NCBI GenBank assembly: GCA_040756015.1
Contig: JBFMAC010000004.1
Coordinates: 132,278 to 196,277, forward strand
Source of the DNA: Pseudomonadota bacterium
GTDB taxonomy: Bacteria > Pseudomonadota > Gammaproteobacteria > Burkholderiales > JBFMAC01
Direction of reading: 5' to 3'
Length of the DNA: 64,000 bases
Of the stretch, positions 33,494 through 41,726 are shown one piece after another. The position numbers and the translations under genes were made by a program. Position 1 is the first letter of the stretch, and each line of letters starts with the position of its first letter. The notes under the pieces were generated by a model, which did not search any database, was not told the origin of the DNA, and saw nothing but the letters and a program-made list of their open reading frames with translations.

Positions 33494-35215
33494 ATGGTGC
33501 GCCCCCTGAAAATCCTGGTGGCCGACGACGTCGATCACGTGCGCCAGTTGGTGACCAAATTCCTCCAGCAGATCGGCCACAGCACGGTGTTTGCTGCGGA
33601 CGGCGTGCAGGCGGTGGAGATGTTTCGCCAGGAGCAGCCGGACATGGTCATCATGGATGTGATGATGCCCAATCTGGGCGGCTTCGAGGCGACCGAGCAT
33701 ATCCGCAGGTTGTGCGGCGACAAATGGGTGCCCATCATATTTCTCACCGCGCTGGACCAGACCGAATCGGTGGTGACGGGGCTGGAGGCCGGCGGCGACG
33801 ATTACCTGACCAAGCCGGTCAATTTGCAGGTACTTCGCGCCAAGATCGCCGCCATCCAGCGCAGCCTGGAATTCCAGCATCAGTCGCTGGAGCGCAAGGA
33901 TGAACTGGCAAGGTATTACGCTGCTTCCGAGGATGAGAAAAAACTGGCGCGGCACATCATGGAACGGCTGGTCAAGCGCGACAAGCTGCAAGACAAGATG
34001 CTGCACTACTGGGTGTTCCCGGCGCAGGATTTCAGCGGCGACGTGGTGGCGGCAGCGCGAACGCCGAGCGATATGTTGCACGTGCTGCTGGCCGACGGTG
34101 CCGGGCATGGTCTCAGCGCGGCGCTCAACGTGCTGCCGATCACCCAGCCGTTTTACGCCATGACCGAGAGCGGCTTCGGTATCGGCAGCATTGCCGCCGA
34201 ACTCAACAAGAAGGTGCGCCAGTTGCTGCCGGTGGACCGCTTTGTCGCGACCACGCTGGTGGCGGTCGATTTCAGCGAGCGCATCATCCAGGTGTGGAAC
34301 GGCGGCAACCCCGTTCCCTTGCTGCTGGATGAGGCTGGAAAGCTGCTCGATTTTCCGATCTCGCGCCACGTACCCCTGGGCATCCTGCCGCAAGCAGAAT
34401 TTGATGCCGCGGTGAACTCGCGCCCGTTCCAGGATGCCTGCCAGCTGGTGCTGTATTCGGATGGCGTGATCGAGGCCGAGAGTCGCGCCCGGGTACAGTT
34501 CGGCAAGGAGCGGTTGCTGGCCGCGCTCGCCGGCAATTCGCCAGCGCGGCGCGGCGAAGCGGTGGGGCATGCGTTGAGCGCGCACCTTGCCGGCGGCGCG
34601 ATTTCCGACGATACCACCCTGGTGCTGGTCGATTGCTTGCCGGACGTCGGCTGCACCATGTTTCCGGCACAGGCGCCGCCCCAGGTGGTGATCAACGACG
34701 GGAAGGCCGAATGGCAGTTCCGCGTCAAGCTGGGTGCCAACGAATTGGGTTATGTCGACGTGGTGCCGCAGCTGCTTAATTTTGTCGGTCAAATCGAAAT
34801 TGCCAAGCCGCACAACGCCAAGGTGTTCCTGATCCTGTCCGAGCTGTTCAACAATGCGCTCGATCACGGCATCCTGCGCCTCGATTCCGGGATCAAGCAG
34901 GAGCCGGACGGGTTTTCGCGTTACCTGGATATGCGCGCGCAACGCCTGGCCGAGCTGGGCGACGGGTACGTCATCATCGAACTGGAACAGGTGGTGGCGC
35001 AGGATGTGGCCCAGTTGCGCATCAGCGTCACCGACAGCGGCGCTGGTTTCGACTACCGCCGGTTCCAGGTGCAGGACTGGAATTCCGCCCATCCGCACGG
35101 GCGCGGCCTGGGCCTGATCAAGTCGCTGTGCTCCAACCTGGAGTTCCACGGCAACGGCAACCAGGTGGTTGCCTATTACGATTTGCGGCAGCCCGCGCAA
35201 GCGCTCGCCGCCTGA
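33494..35215 (+). CDS. Three-domain partner-switching regulator: REC + PP2C (SpoIIE) phosphatase + RsbW-type Ser kinase (HsbR-like)
   Basis: REC (ILVADDV...VIMDVMMPNLGG). PP2C (SGDVV...LLADGAGHG...LYSDGV). HATPase_c (ELFNNALDHG N-box, VTDSGAGFD G-box). Confidence 0.85.
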   Translation: MVRPLKILVADDVDHVRQLVTKFLQQIGHSTVFAADGVQAVEMFRQEQPDMVIMDVMMPNLGGFEATEHIRRLCGDKWVPIIFLTALDQTESVVTGLEAGGDDYLTKPVNLQVLRAKIAAIQRSLEFQHQSLERKDELARYYAASEDEKKLARHIMERLVKRDKLQDKMLHYWVFPAQDFSGDVVAAARTPSDMLHVLLADGAGHGLSAALNVLPITQPFYAMTESGFGIGSIAAELNKKVRQLLPVDRFVATTLVAVDFSERIIQVWNGGNPVPLLLDEAGKLLDFPISRHVPLGILPQAEFDAAVNSRPFQDACQLVLYSDGVIEAESRARVQFGKERLLAALAGNSPARRGEAVGHALSAHLAGGAISDDTTLVLVDCLPDVGCTMFPAQAPPQVVINDGKAEWQFRVKLGANELGYVDVVPQLLNFVGQIEIAKPHNAKVFLILSELFNNALDHGILRLDSGIKQEPDGFSRYLDMRAQRLAELGDGYVIIELEQVVAQDVAQLRISVTDSGAGFDYRRFQVQDWNSAHPHGRGLGLIKSLCSNLEFHGNGNQVVAYYDLRQPAQALAA

Positions 35216-35281
35216 ATTTGTTTGTACTGCCGGTGCAGGCCGGAAGTTTCTCCGGTCGATGCATGAGCGCATAATTGCTGC

Positions 35282-37462
35282 ATGAGCGACATCGCCACCC
35301 TTCCCGCAGCCAGCCAGATCCCGCCGCCCGAACGGTTGGCGGCGCTCGTCGCACGTTACGCACCCGGCGAGGCGGAAACGGTGCGCACCGCCTGGAGTCG
35401 TGCCGCAACCGTTTACGGGCAGCAGCGACTAGGCAGCGGCGAGCCGGCGCTGGCGCATGCCGTCGAGGTTGCCCTGCTGCTCGATGCGATGCGCATGGAT
35501 CACGAAACCGTGTCTGCCGCGCTGCTGGCGCACGTGCCCGATTTTGCGCCGGACAGCATGGAATGGCTGAGACTGCATTGCGGCGCGGCGGTCGCGCAAC
35601 TGGTCGAAGGGCTGGGGCGTATGGCGCAGATCCAGGCGCTGTCCGGCGCGCCGCGCGCGGCGGAAGACCAGCACGCGCAGCTGGAGGCGTTGCGCAAGAT
35701 GCTGCTCGCCATGGTGCAGGACATCCGCGTGGTGCTGATCAAGCTCGCCGACCAAGTGCAGACGCTGCGCTTCGTGGTGGGCGCGGCGGACGAGGTATTG
35801 CGCCGGCAGACGGCACGCGAAACGCTGGACCTGTTCGCACCGCTCGCCAACCGGCTCGGTGCCTGGCAGTTCAAGTGGGAGCTGGAGGATTTGTCGCTGC
35901 GCATCCTCGAGCCGGAAATCTACCAGCGCATCGCGCGCCTGCTCGACGAGAAGCGCGGCCAGCGCGAGCGCTACATCGGTGACGTGATCGCGCTGCTGCG
36001 CCGGGAAATGCAGCAAGCCGGCATCAATGCCGAAGTGAGCGGGCGTCCCAAACACATCTACAGCATCTATAAAAAAATGCGGCGCAAGGACGTCGACTTC
36101 ACCGAGCTGTACGACGTGCGCGCGGTGCGTGTGCTGGTCGGCGACGTGAAGGACTGCTACGCCGCGCTTGGCGTGGTGCACAACCTGTGGACGCCCATCC
36201 CCAGGGAATTCGACGACTATATCGCCAAGCCAAAGGCCAACAACTACCGTTCCCTGCACACCGCGGTGATCGGGCCGGAGGGTAAGGCGCTGGAAGTGCA
36301 GATCCGCACCCACGACATGCACCGCGAATCCGAATTGGGCGTGGCGGCGCACTGGCGCTACAAGGAAGGTGGCAGGGGCGATGCCCGGTTCGACGACCGC
36401 ATCGCCTGGCTGCGCCAGCTGCTGGCGTGGAAGGACGAGGTGCCGGATGCCGGCGAGCTGGCGCAGCGCTTCAAGACCGGGCTGTTCGAGGACACCATCT
36501 ATGTGTTGACGCCGCAGGGCCGCGTGGTGGCGCTGCCCAAGGATGCCACGCCGGTGGATTTCGCCTACCATGTGCACACCGACCTCGGCCACCGCTGCCG
36601 TGGCGCCAAGGTGGATGGTGTCATGGTGCCGCTCAATTCCGCCCTGCACAACGGCGAGCGCGTGGAAATCAGCGCGGCCAAGCAGGGCGGTCCGAGTCGC
36701 GACTGGCTCAACCCGGAGCTGGGCTACCTGAAAAGCCACCGCGCGCGCGCCAAGGTGCGGCAGTGGTTCAATAGCCAGCAACTAGAGGAGGCGCTGGCGC
36801 AGGGGCGCACCATCGTCGAGCGCGAATTGCAGCGCGCCGGCATGACCGCATTCGGCCTCGACAGGCTCGCCGCTCTACTGCATTTCGCCAAACCCGATGA
36901 ATTACTCGCCGCGGCGGGACGCGGCGAAATCACGCCGCGACAGATACAGGACGCACTGCGTGCCGAAAGCGTGCCGGCAGAGCGGCCGTCCGGCATGCCA
37001 TTGGTGCGCAAGGCTGGCGCTGCCCCCGCTTCCGGCGGCGTGCTGGTGGTGGGAGTGGACAAGCTGATGACGGTGCTGGCCAAGTGCTGCAAGCCGGCGC
37101 CGCCCGATTCCATCATCGGCTTCGTTACGCGTGGGCGCGGGGTGACGGTGCACCGGCGCAGTTGCTCCAACGTCGCGCACTTGCCGCAGGAGCGTCTGAT
37201 CTCCGCCGATTGGGGCACGGCTGCCGAGCGCAGGTTTTCGGTGGACATCGAAGTCGAGGCGCATGATCGCCAGGGCTTGCTGCGCGACATTTCCGAAGTG
37301 CTGTCGCGCGAGAAAATCAACGTCACTTCCGCCAACACGCAAAGCCGTGGTGACATCGCACGCATGTCGTTCACGCTGGAGGTGGGCGACGTGACGCAAT
37401 TGGGGCACGTGCTGACGCTGCTCGGGGAGGTGCAGGGAGTGCTGGGAGCGAGGCGCAAATAA
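35282..37462 (+). CDS. relA: GTP pyrophosphokinase, (p)ppGpp synthetase I
   Basis: RelA/SpoT synthetase motifs (GRPKHIYSIYKKM, YRSLHT). TGS and ACT domains. The hydrolase HD motif is degenerate (ALLAHV), which supports RelA over SpoT. Confidence 0.9.
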   Translation: MSDIATLPAASQIPPPERLAALVARYAPGEAETVRTAWSRAATVYGQQRLGSGEPALAHAVEVALLLDAMRMDHETVSAALLAHVPDFAPDSMEWLRLHCGAAVAQLVEGLGRMAQIQALSGAPRAAEDQHAQLEALRKMLLAMVQDIRVVLIKLADQVQTLRFVVGAADEVLRRQTARETLDLFAPLANRLGAWQFKWELEDLSLRILEPEIYQRIARLLDEKRGQRERYIGDVIALLRREMQQAGINAEVSGRPKHIYSIYKKMRRKDVDFTELYDVRAVRVLVGDVKDCYAALGVVHNLWTPIPREFDDYIAKPKANNYRSLHTAVIGPEGKALEVQIRTHDMHRESELGVAAHWRYKEGGRGDARFDDRIAWLRQLLAWKDEVPDAGELAQRFKTGLFEDTIYVLTPQGRVVALPKDATPVDFAYHVHTDLGHRCRGAKVDGVMVPLNSALHNGERVEISAAKQGGPSRDWLNPELGYLKSHRARAKVRQWFNSQQLEEALAQGRTIVERELQRAGMTAFGLDRLAALLHFAKPDELLAAAGRGEITPRQIQDALRAESVPAERPSGMPLVRKAGAAPASGGVLVVGVDKLMTVLAKCCKPAPPDSIIGFVTRGRGVTVHRRSCSNVAHLPQERLISADWGTAAERRFSVDIEVEAHDRQGLLRDISEVLSREKINVTSANTQSRGDIARMSFTLEVGDVTQLGHVLTLLGEVQGVLGARRK

Positions 37463-37487
37463 TCAAAAAATCAGCAACTTTTCGGGC

Positions 37488-37505
37488 AAATGTCGTAAAA
37501 TGTCG
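37488..37505 (+). promoter_or_regulatory. Tandem direct repeat AAATGTCG(N2)AAATGTCG in the operon leader
   Basis: AAATGTCGTAAAATGTCG, 10-bp phasing, 46 nt upstream of ATG 37551. Function unknown. Confidence 0.2.
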
Positions 37506-37550
37506 CAGCCTTAAGCGGTAACTCGCTAAAAAGAGGGGGGAAACTCAGGG

Positions 37551-40109
37551 ATGAAGCGGGGCGCATTCTGGAAGTCCGAGTGGCTCATCGGCTTGGGGCT
37601 GGCTTTGCTGATGCTGCTTGTGGCGGGTGGCGACCTGATGCAGAGCCTGGAGCGCAAGGCCTACGACCTCGGCGTGCTGGCCTCCAGCCGAACCCCCAGC
37701 GATCGCGTCGCCGTGATCGCCATCGACGACCAGAGTATCTCCAACATCGGCCGCTGGCCGTGGTCGCGCGAGGTACACGCCAAAATGATCGACCTCCTCG
37801 CGGGAGCGCAGGCCAAGGTGGTCGGCAACACCGTGTTTTTCTCCGAGCCTCAGTCCGACGCCGGACTCGCCTACATCAACAAACTCAACAAATTTTTCTC
37901 CGCGTCCCGGTTCAGGAACGCAATTGATCCGGCATTGCAGCAGGAGGCCGTGCAGCTTGCCGGTATGTTGCAGGAGGCCGAGCAAGACTTGAACGCCGAC
38001 CGCAAGCTGGCGCAAAGCATTGCCCAGGCCGGCAACGTGGTGCTGGCGATGGCGTTCCAGTTGGGCGAGCCGCGCGGCAATCCGGATCACCCCCTGCCCG
38101 ACTACCTGACGAAAAACGCGCTGCCCAATGTCGTCGATGCGGGGGGCGCGGCGGAGATGGGGCTGCTGCCGCTGTCCACGCTGTCGGCGGTGGTGCCGAT
38201 CGCTGAGCTTGGCATGCAGGCGGCTGCCATCGGCTACCTCAACCTGACTCCCGACCACGATGGCGGGGTGCGCTCCGAGCCCCTCGTGCTGCGCCATTAC
38301 GACCACTATTACCCGTCGCTGCCCTTGCTGCTGGCGGCGAAGAGCCTCAACCTGCAAGCTGCCGATGTCCAGGTGGTGCTGGGCGAGGGCGTAAGTCTGG
38401 GCAAGCTGCATATCGCCACCGATCCCGAATTGCGCATGAACACGTTTTTCTACAGGGACGCGGAGCGGCCGGCGTTCCAGGTGGATTCGTTTTACGACGT
38501 CTATAGCGGCAAAATTCCCGTGAGCAAATACGCCGGCAAGATTGTGCTGATCGGCGCCACCGCGCAGGGCGTGGGCGCGCCGCAGGTGACGCCAGTGTCA
38601 CCTGCGATGGCGCCGGTGCTGGTGCTGGCGCATTCGGTGTCGAGCATTCTGCAGGAGGACTTTTTCGTCGTGCCAGGCTGGGGTGTGTGGGCGGAGAAAG
38701 GCGTGTTCCTGCTTGTCGCGCTGTACCTGATGCTGGCGTTGCCGCGCCTCAAGGCAGGGCTGGCGGCGCTGTTTACCGCGCTGCTGTTCGTTGCCCTGCT
38801 GATCGCGCATTTCGCGCTGATGGTGGGGCAGTCGATGTGGCTGCAACTGATGACGCCGGCGGCGCTGTTGCTGATTGGCCATCTGCTGCTCACCACCAAG
38901 CGCTTCCTGGTGACCGAGCGCGGCAAGGAAAAATCCGAGGCAGAGTCGGCCGAGTCGAACCGCATGCTGGGCCTGGCGTTCCAGGGGCAGGGCCAGCTCG
39001 ATATGGCGTTCGACAAATTCCGCAAGCTGCCGATGGACGACGGTGTGATGGATCTTCTCTACAACCTGGCGCTCGATTTCGAGCGCAAGCGCCAGTTCAA
39101 CAAGGCCGAGGCGGTGTACCAGCACATGGCCGCCTACAACGCGAAATTCCGTGACCTCGAACAGAAGCTCAGCCGCGCCAAGGCGATGTCGGAAACCGTG
39201 ATCCTGGGCGGCGGCAGCGCCAGCGCGGCGATCAGTGGTACCGTGCTGATGGCGGGCGGTGGCGTGGAAAAGCCGATGCTGGGCCGCTACCAGGTGGAGA
39301 AGGAACTGGGTAAGGGCGCCATGGGTGTGGTCTACATGGGGCGCGACCCTAAGATCGGTCGCGTGGTGGCGATCAAGACAATGGCGTTGTCTCAGGAGTT
39401 CGAGGAAGACGAGTTGCAGGAGGTCAAGGAGCGTTTTTTCCGCGAGGCGGAAACGGCGGGACGGCTCAGCCATCCCAACATCGTCACCATCTATGATGCC
39501 GGCGAGGAGCACGACCTTGCCTATATCGCCATGGAACTGCTGAAAGGCAAGGACCTGGTACCCTATACCAAGCCAGATAACCTGTTGCCGCTGCCGAAAG
39601 TGCTGTCCGTCATCGCGCGCGTGGCCGATGCGCTGGGCTATGCGCATGCGCAGCATGTGGTGCATCGCGACATCAAGCCGGCTAATATTATGTATGAGCC
39701 GGAAGACGACATGGTAAAGGTGACCGATTTCGGCATCGCGCGCATCACCGATTCGAGCAAGACCAAGACCGGTATGGTGCTGGGCACGCCGTCGTACATG
39801 TCGCCGGAGCAGTTGGCGGGCAAGAAGATCGACGGGCATTCCGACCTCTTTTCGCTTGGGGTGACCTTGTACCAGTTGTGTTGCGGGCAACTGCCTTTTC
39901 AGGGTGACTCGATGGCGCAACTGATGTACAAGATCGCCAACGACCCGCCGCTGGATATCCGTACCCTGCGTCCCGATCTGCCGGTTGGCGTGGTGTTGGT
40001 GATCGCCAGGGCGATCGCCAAGCAGCCGGAGGCGCGTTACCAGACCGGCGAGGAAATGGCGCAGGCAATCCGCCAGTGTGCGGCGGCGATCAGCAACGAA
40101 GGAGCATGA
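37551..40109 (+). CDS. CHASE2-sensor transmembrane Ser/Thr protein kinase
   Basis: N-terminal CHASE2 (VAVIAIDDQSISNIGRWPWSR). TM cluster and TPR-like linker. Hanks kinase motifs GKGAMGVV, VAIK, HRDIKPAN, DFGIA, SPE. Confidence 0.9.
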   Translation: MKRGAFWKSEWLIGLGLALLMLLVAGGDLMQSLERKAYDLGVLASSRTPSDRVAVIAIDDQSISNIGRWPWSREVHAKMIDLLAGAQAKVVGNTVFFSEPQSDAGLAYINKLNKFFSASRFRNAIDPALQQEAVQLAGMLQEAEQDLNADRKLAQSIAQAGNVVLAMAFQLGEPRGNPDHPLPDYLTKNALPNVVDAGGAAEMGLLPLSTLSAVVPIAELGMQAAAIGYLNLTPDHDGGVRSEPLVLRHYDHYYPSLPLLLAAKSLNLQAADVQVVLGEGVSLGKLHIATDPELRMNTFFYRDAERPAFQVDSFYDVYSGKIPVSKYAGKIVLIGATAQGVGAPQVTPVSPAMAPVLVLAHSVSSILQEDFFVVPGWGVWAEKGVFLLVALYLMLALPRLKAGLAALFTALLFVALLIAHFALMVGQSMWLQLMTPAALLLIGHLLLTTKRFLVTERGKEKSEAESAESNRMLGLAFQGQGQLDMAFDKFRKLPMDDGVMDLLYNLALDFERKRQFNKAEAVYQHMAAYNAKFRDLEQKLSRAKAMSETVILGGGSASAAISGTVLMAGGGVEKPMLGRYQVEKELGKGAMGVVYMGRDPKIGRVVAIKTMALSQEFEEDELQEVKERFFREAETAGRLSHPNIVTIYDAGEEHDLAYIAMELLKGKDLVPYTKPDNLLPLPKVLSVIARVADALGYAHAQHVVHRDIKPANIMYEPEDDMVKVTDFGIARITDSSKTKTGMVLGTPSYMSPEQLAGKKIDGHSDLFSLGVTLYQLCCGQLPFQGDSMAQLMYKIANDPPLDIRTLRPDLPVGVVLVIARAIAKQPEARYQTGEEMAQAIRQCAAAISNEGA

Positions 40110-40933
40110 TGAGTTTGGTGAAGGTGTTGGAAATGGCAAGCGCGACCGATCCCGGCCTGGTGCGTTCGCATAACGAGGACAGCATTGCGGTCGATGCCGA
40201 CATCGGACTGGCGGTGCTGGCCGATGGCATGGGCGGTTACAACGCCGGCGAGGTGGCGAGTGGCATCGCGGTGTCGCTGATCATGAGCGAAATGCAACAG
40301 GCGCTGCCGTCGGTCGATCCGCACGCAGCGGGCGGCGTCAGCGGCGAGACCATCGGTGAGGTGCTGCTGCGTGACAAGATCGGGCGTGCCAATGCCTCGA
40401 TCTTCCAGGCTGCGATCAGCCAGCCGCAGTATGCCGGCATGGGCACCACGCTGGTGGCGGCGCTGTTTTACGATAACCGCGTCAGTGTCGGCCACATCGG
40501 CGATTCGCGCATGTACCGACTGCGCGCCGGGCAGTTCGAGCAGATCACGCGCGACCACTCGCTGTTACAGGAGCAGATCGACAGCGGCATGATCAGCAAG
40601 GAGATGGCGCGGCTGTCGCAGAACAAGAACCTGGTGACGCGCGCGGTGGGCATCGACCCCGACGTCGAGGCGGAAATCCATACGCATGCCGTGCAGGCGG
40701 GCGACATCTACCTGATTTGCTCCGACGGTCTCAACGACATGGTCGAGGACGAGGAGATCGGCGCCACGCTGGGCATGCTGGAAGCGAACCTGCCGCTGGC
40801 GGCGACACAGCTGGTGCAGATGGCCAACGACAACGGCGGGCGCGACAACATTTCAGTGATTCTGATAAAGGTGTTGAGCGAGTTTCCGGCGCAGGGTGGT
40901 TGGTTCGCAAAATTCCTATCGTGGTTTAAATAA
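40106..40933 (+). CDS. PP2C-family Ser/Thr phosphatase
   Basis: RSHNEDS, LADGMGG, GDSRMY and CSDGL motifs. ATGA overlap with the kinase stop. Confidence 0.9.
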   Translation: MMSLVKVLEMASATDPGLVRSHNEDSIAVDADIGLAVLADGMGGYNAGEVASGIAVSLIMSEMQQALPSVDPHAAGGVSGETIGEVLLRDKIGRANASIFQAAISQPQYAGMGTTLVAALFYDNRVSVGHIGDSRMYRLRAGQFEQITRDHSLLQEQIDSGMISKEMARLSQNKNLVTRAVGIDPDVEAEIHTHAVQAGDIYLICSDGLNDMVEDEEIGATLGMLEANLPLAATQLVQMANDNGGRDNISVILIKVLSEFPAQGGWFAKFLSWFK

Positions 40934-40945
40934 CGAGGTATTGCC

Positions 40946-41686
40946 ATGGCAAAGTTGATACTCAGTCTGGACGGTGCGGTGTTGCGCGAGATCGTGCTCA
41001 ACAAGGAGCGCACTACCATAGGCCGCAAGGAGCACAATGACGTCGTCATCGACAACCTGGCGGTGAGCGGCGATCACGCGCAGATCGTCAGCATCCTCAA
41101 CGACTCGTTCCTGGAAGACCTCGACAGCACCAACGGCACGCTGGTCAACGGCAACCCGATCAAGAAGCATTTCCTGCAGAACGGCGACGTTATCGAGATC
41201 GGCAAGTACAAGCTCAAGTATCTCAACGAAGGCGCGGCTGCCGGCCATGCGGCGGAAGAGTTCGAGAAGACCATGATCCTGCGGCCGTCCGCGCACACGC
41301 CTGCTGCGCCCGCGCCCAATCGTACCGGCGACGACACCCTGGTGAATACGCCGGCCTACTCGCCCGGGCGCGAAGAGGAAATGACCGCCAAGGTGGCGGC
41401 CATGCCGGCGGGCCATCTGCCGGTGGCCACGATCCAGTTGCTGAGCGGCCCGAATGCCGGCAGGGAACTGGAACTGGCCAAGACCCTGGTGACCATCGGA
41501 AAGCCGGGGGTGCAGGTGGCGGTGATCGCGCGCCGGCCGCACGGCTATTTCATCACCCATGTCGAAGGCGCTAATTTCCCGGTGCTGAACGGCAAGGTGC
41601 TTGATGCCCAGGCGCACCCGCTCAACGACCACGACGTGATCGAGCTGGCCGGCGTGAAAATGGAATTTTTCTTTAAAAGCGAGTAG
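40946..41686 (+). CDS. FHA-domain protein (canonical N-terminal FHA plus degenerate C-terminal FHA-like domain)
   Basis: TIGRKEHNDVVIDNLAVSGDHAQI...STNGTLVNG at the N-terminus. A Pro/Ala linker, then a second TIGKPG...VLNGKV module. Confidence 0.85.
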   Translation: MAKLILSLDGAVLREIVLNKERTTIGRKEHNDVVIDNLAVSGDHAQIVSILNDSFLEDLDSTNGTLVNGNPIKKHFLQNGDVIEIGKYKLKYLNEGAAAGHAAEEFEKTMILRPSAHTPAAPAPNRTGDDTLVNTPAYSPGREEEMTAKVAAMPAGHLPVATIQLLSGPNAGRELELAKTLVTIGKPGVQVAVIARRPHGYFITHVEGANFPVLNGKVLDAQAHPLNDHDVIELAGVKMEFFFKSE

Positions 41687-41726
41687 CGGCAAGGCAGCGG
41701 GACGCCCCATCCATTTACGGGACAGC

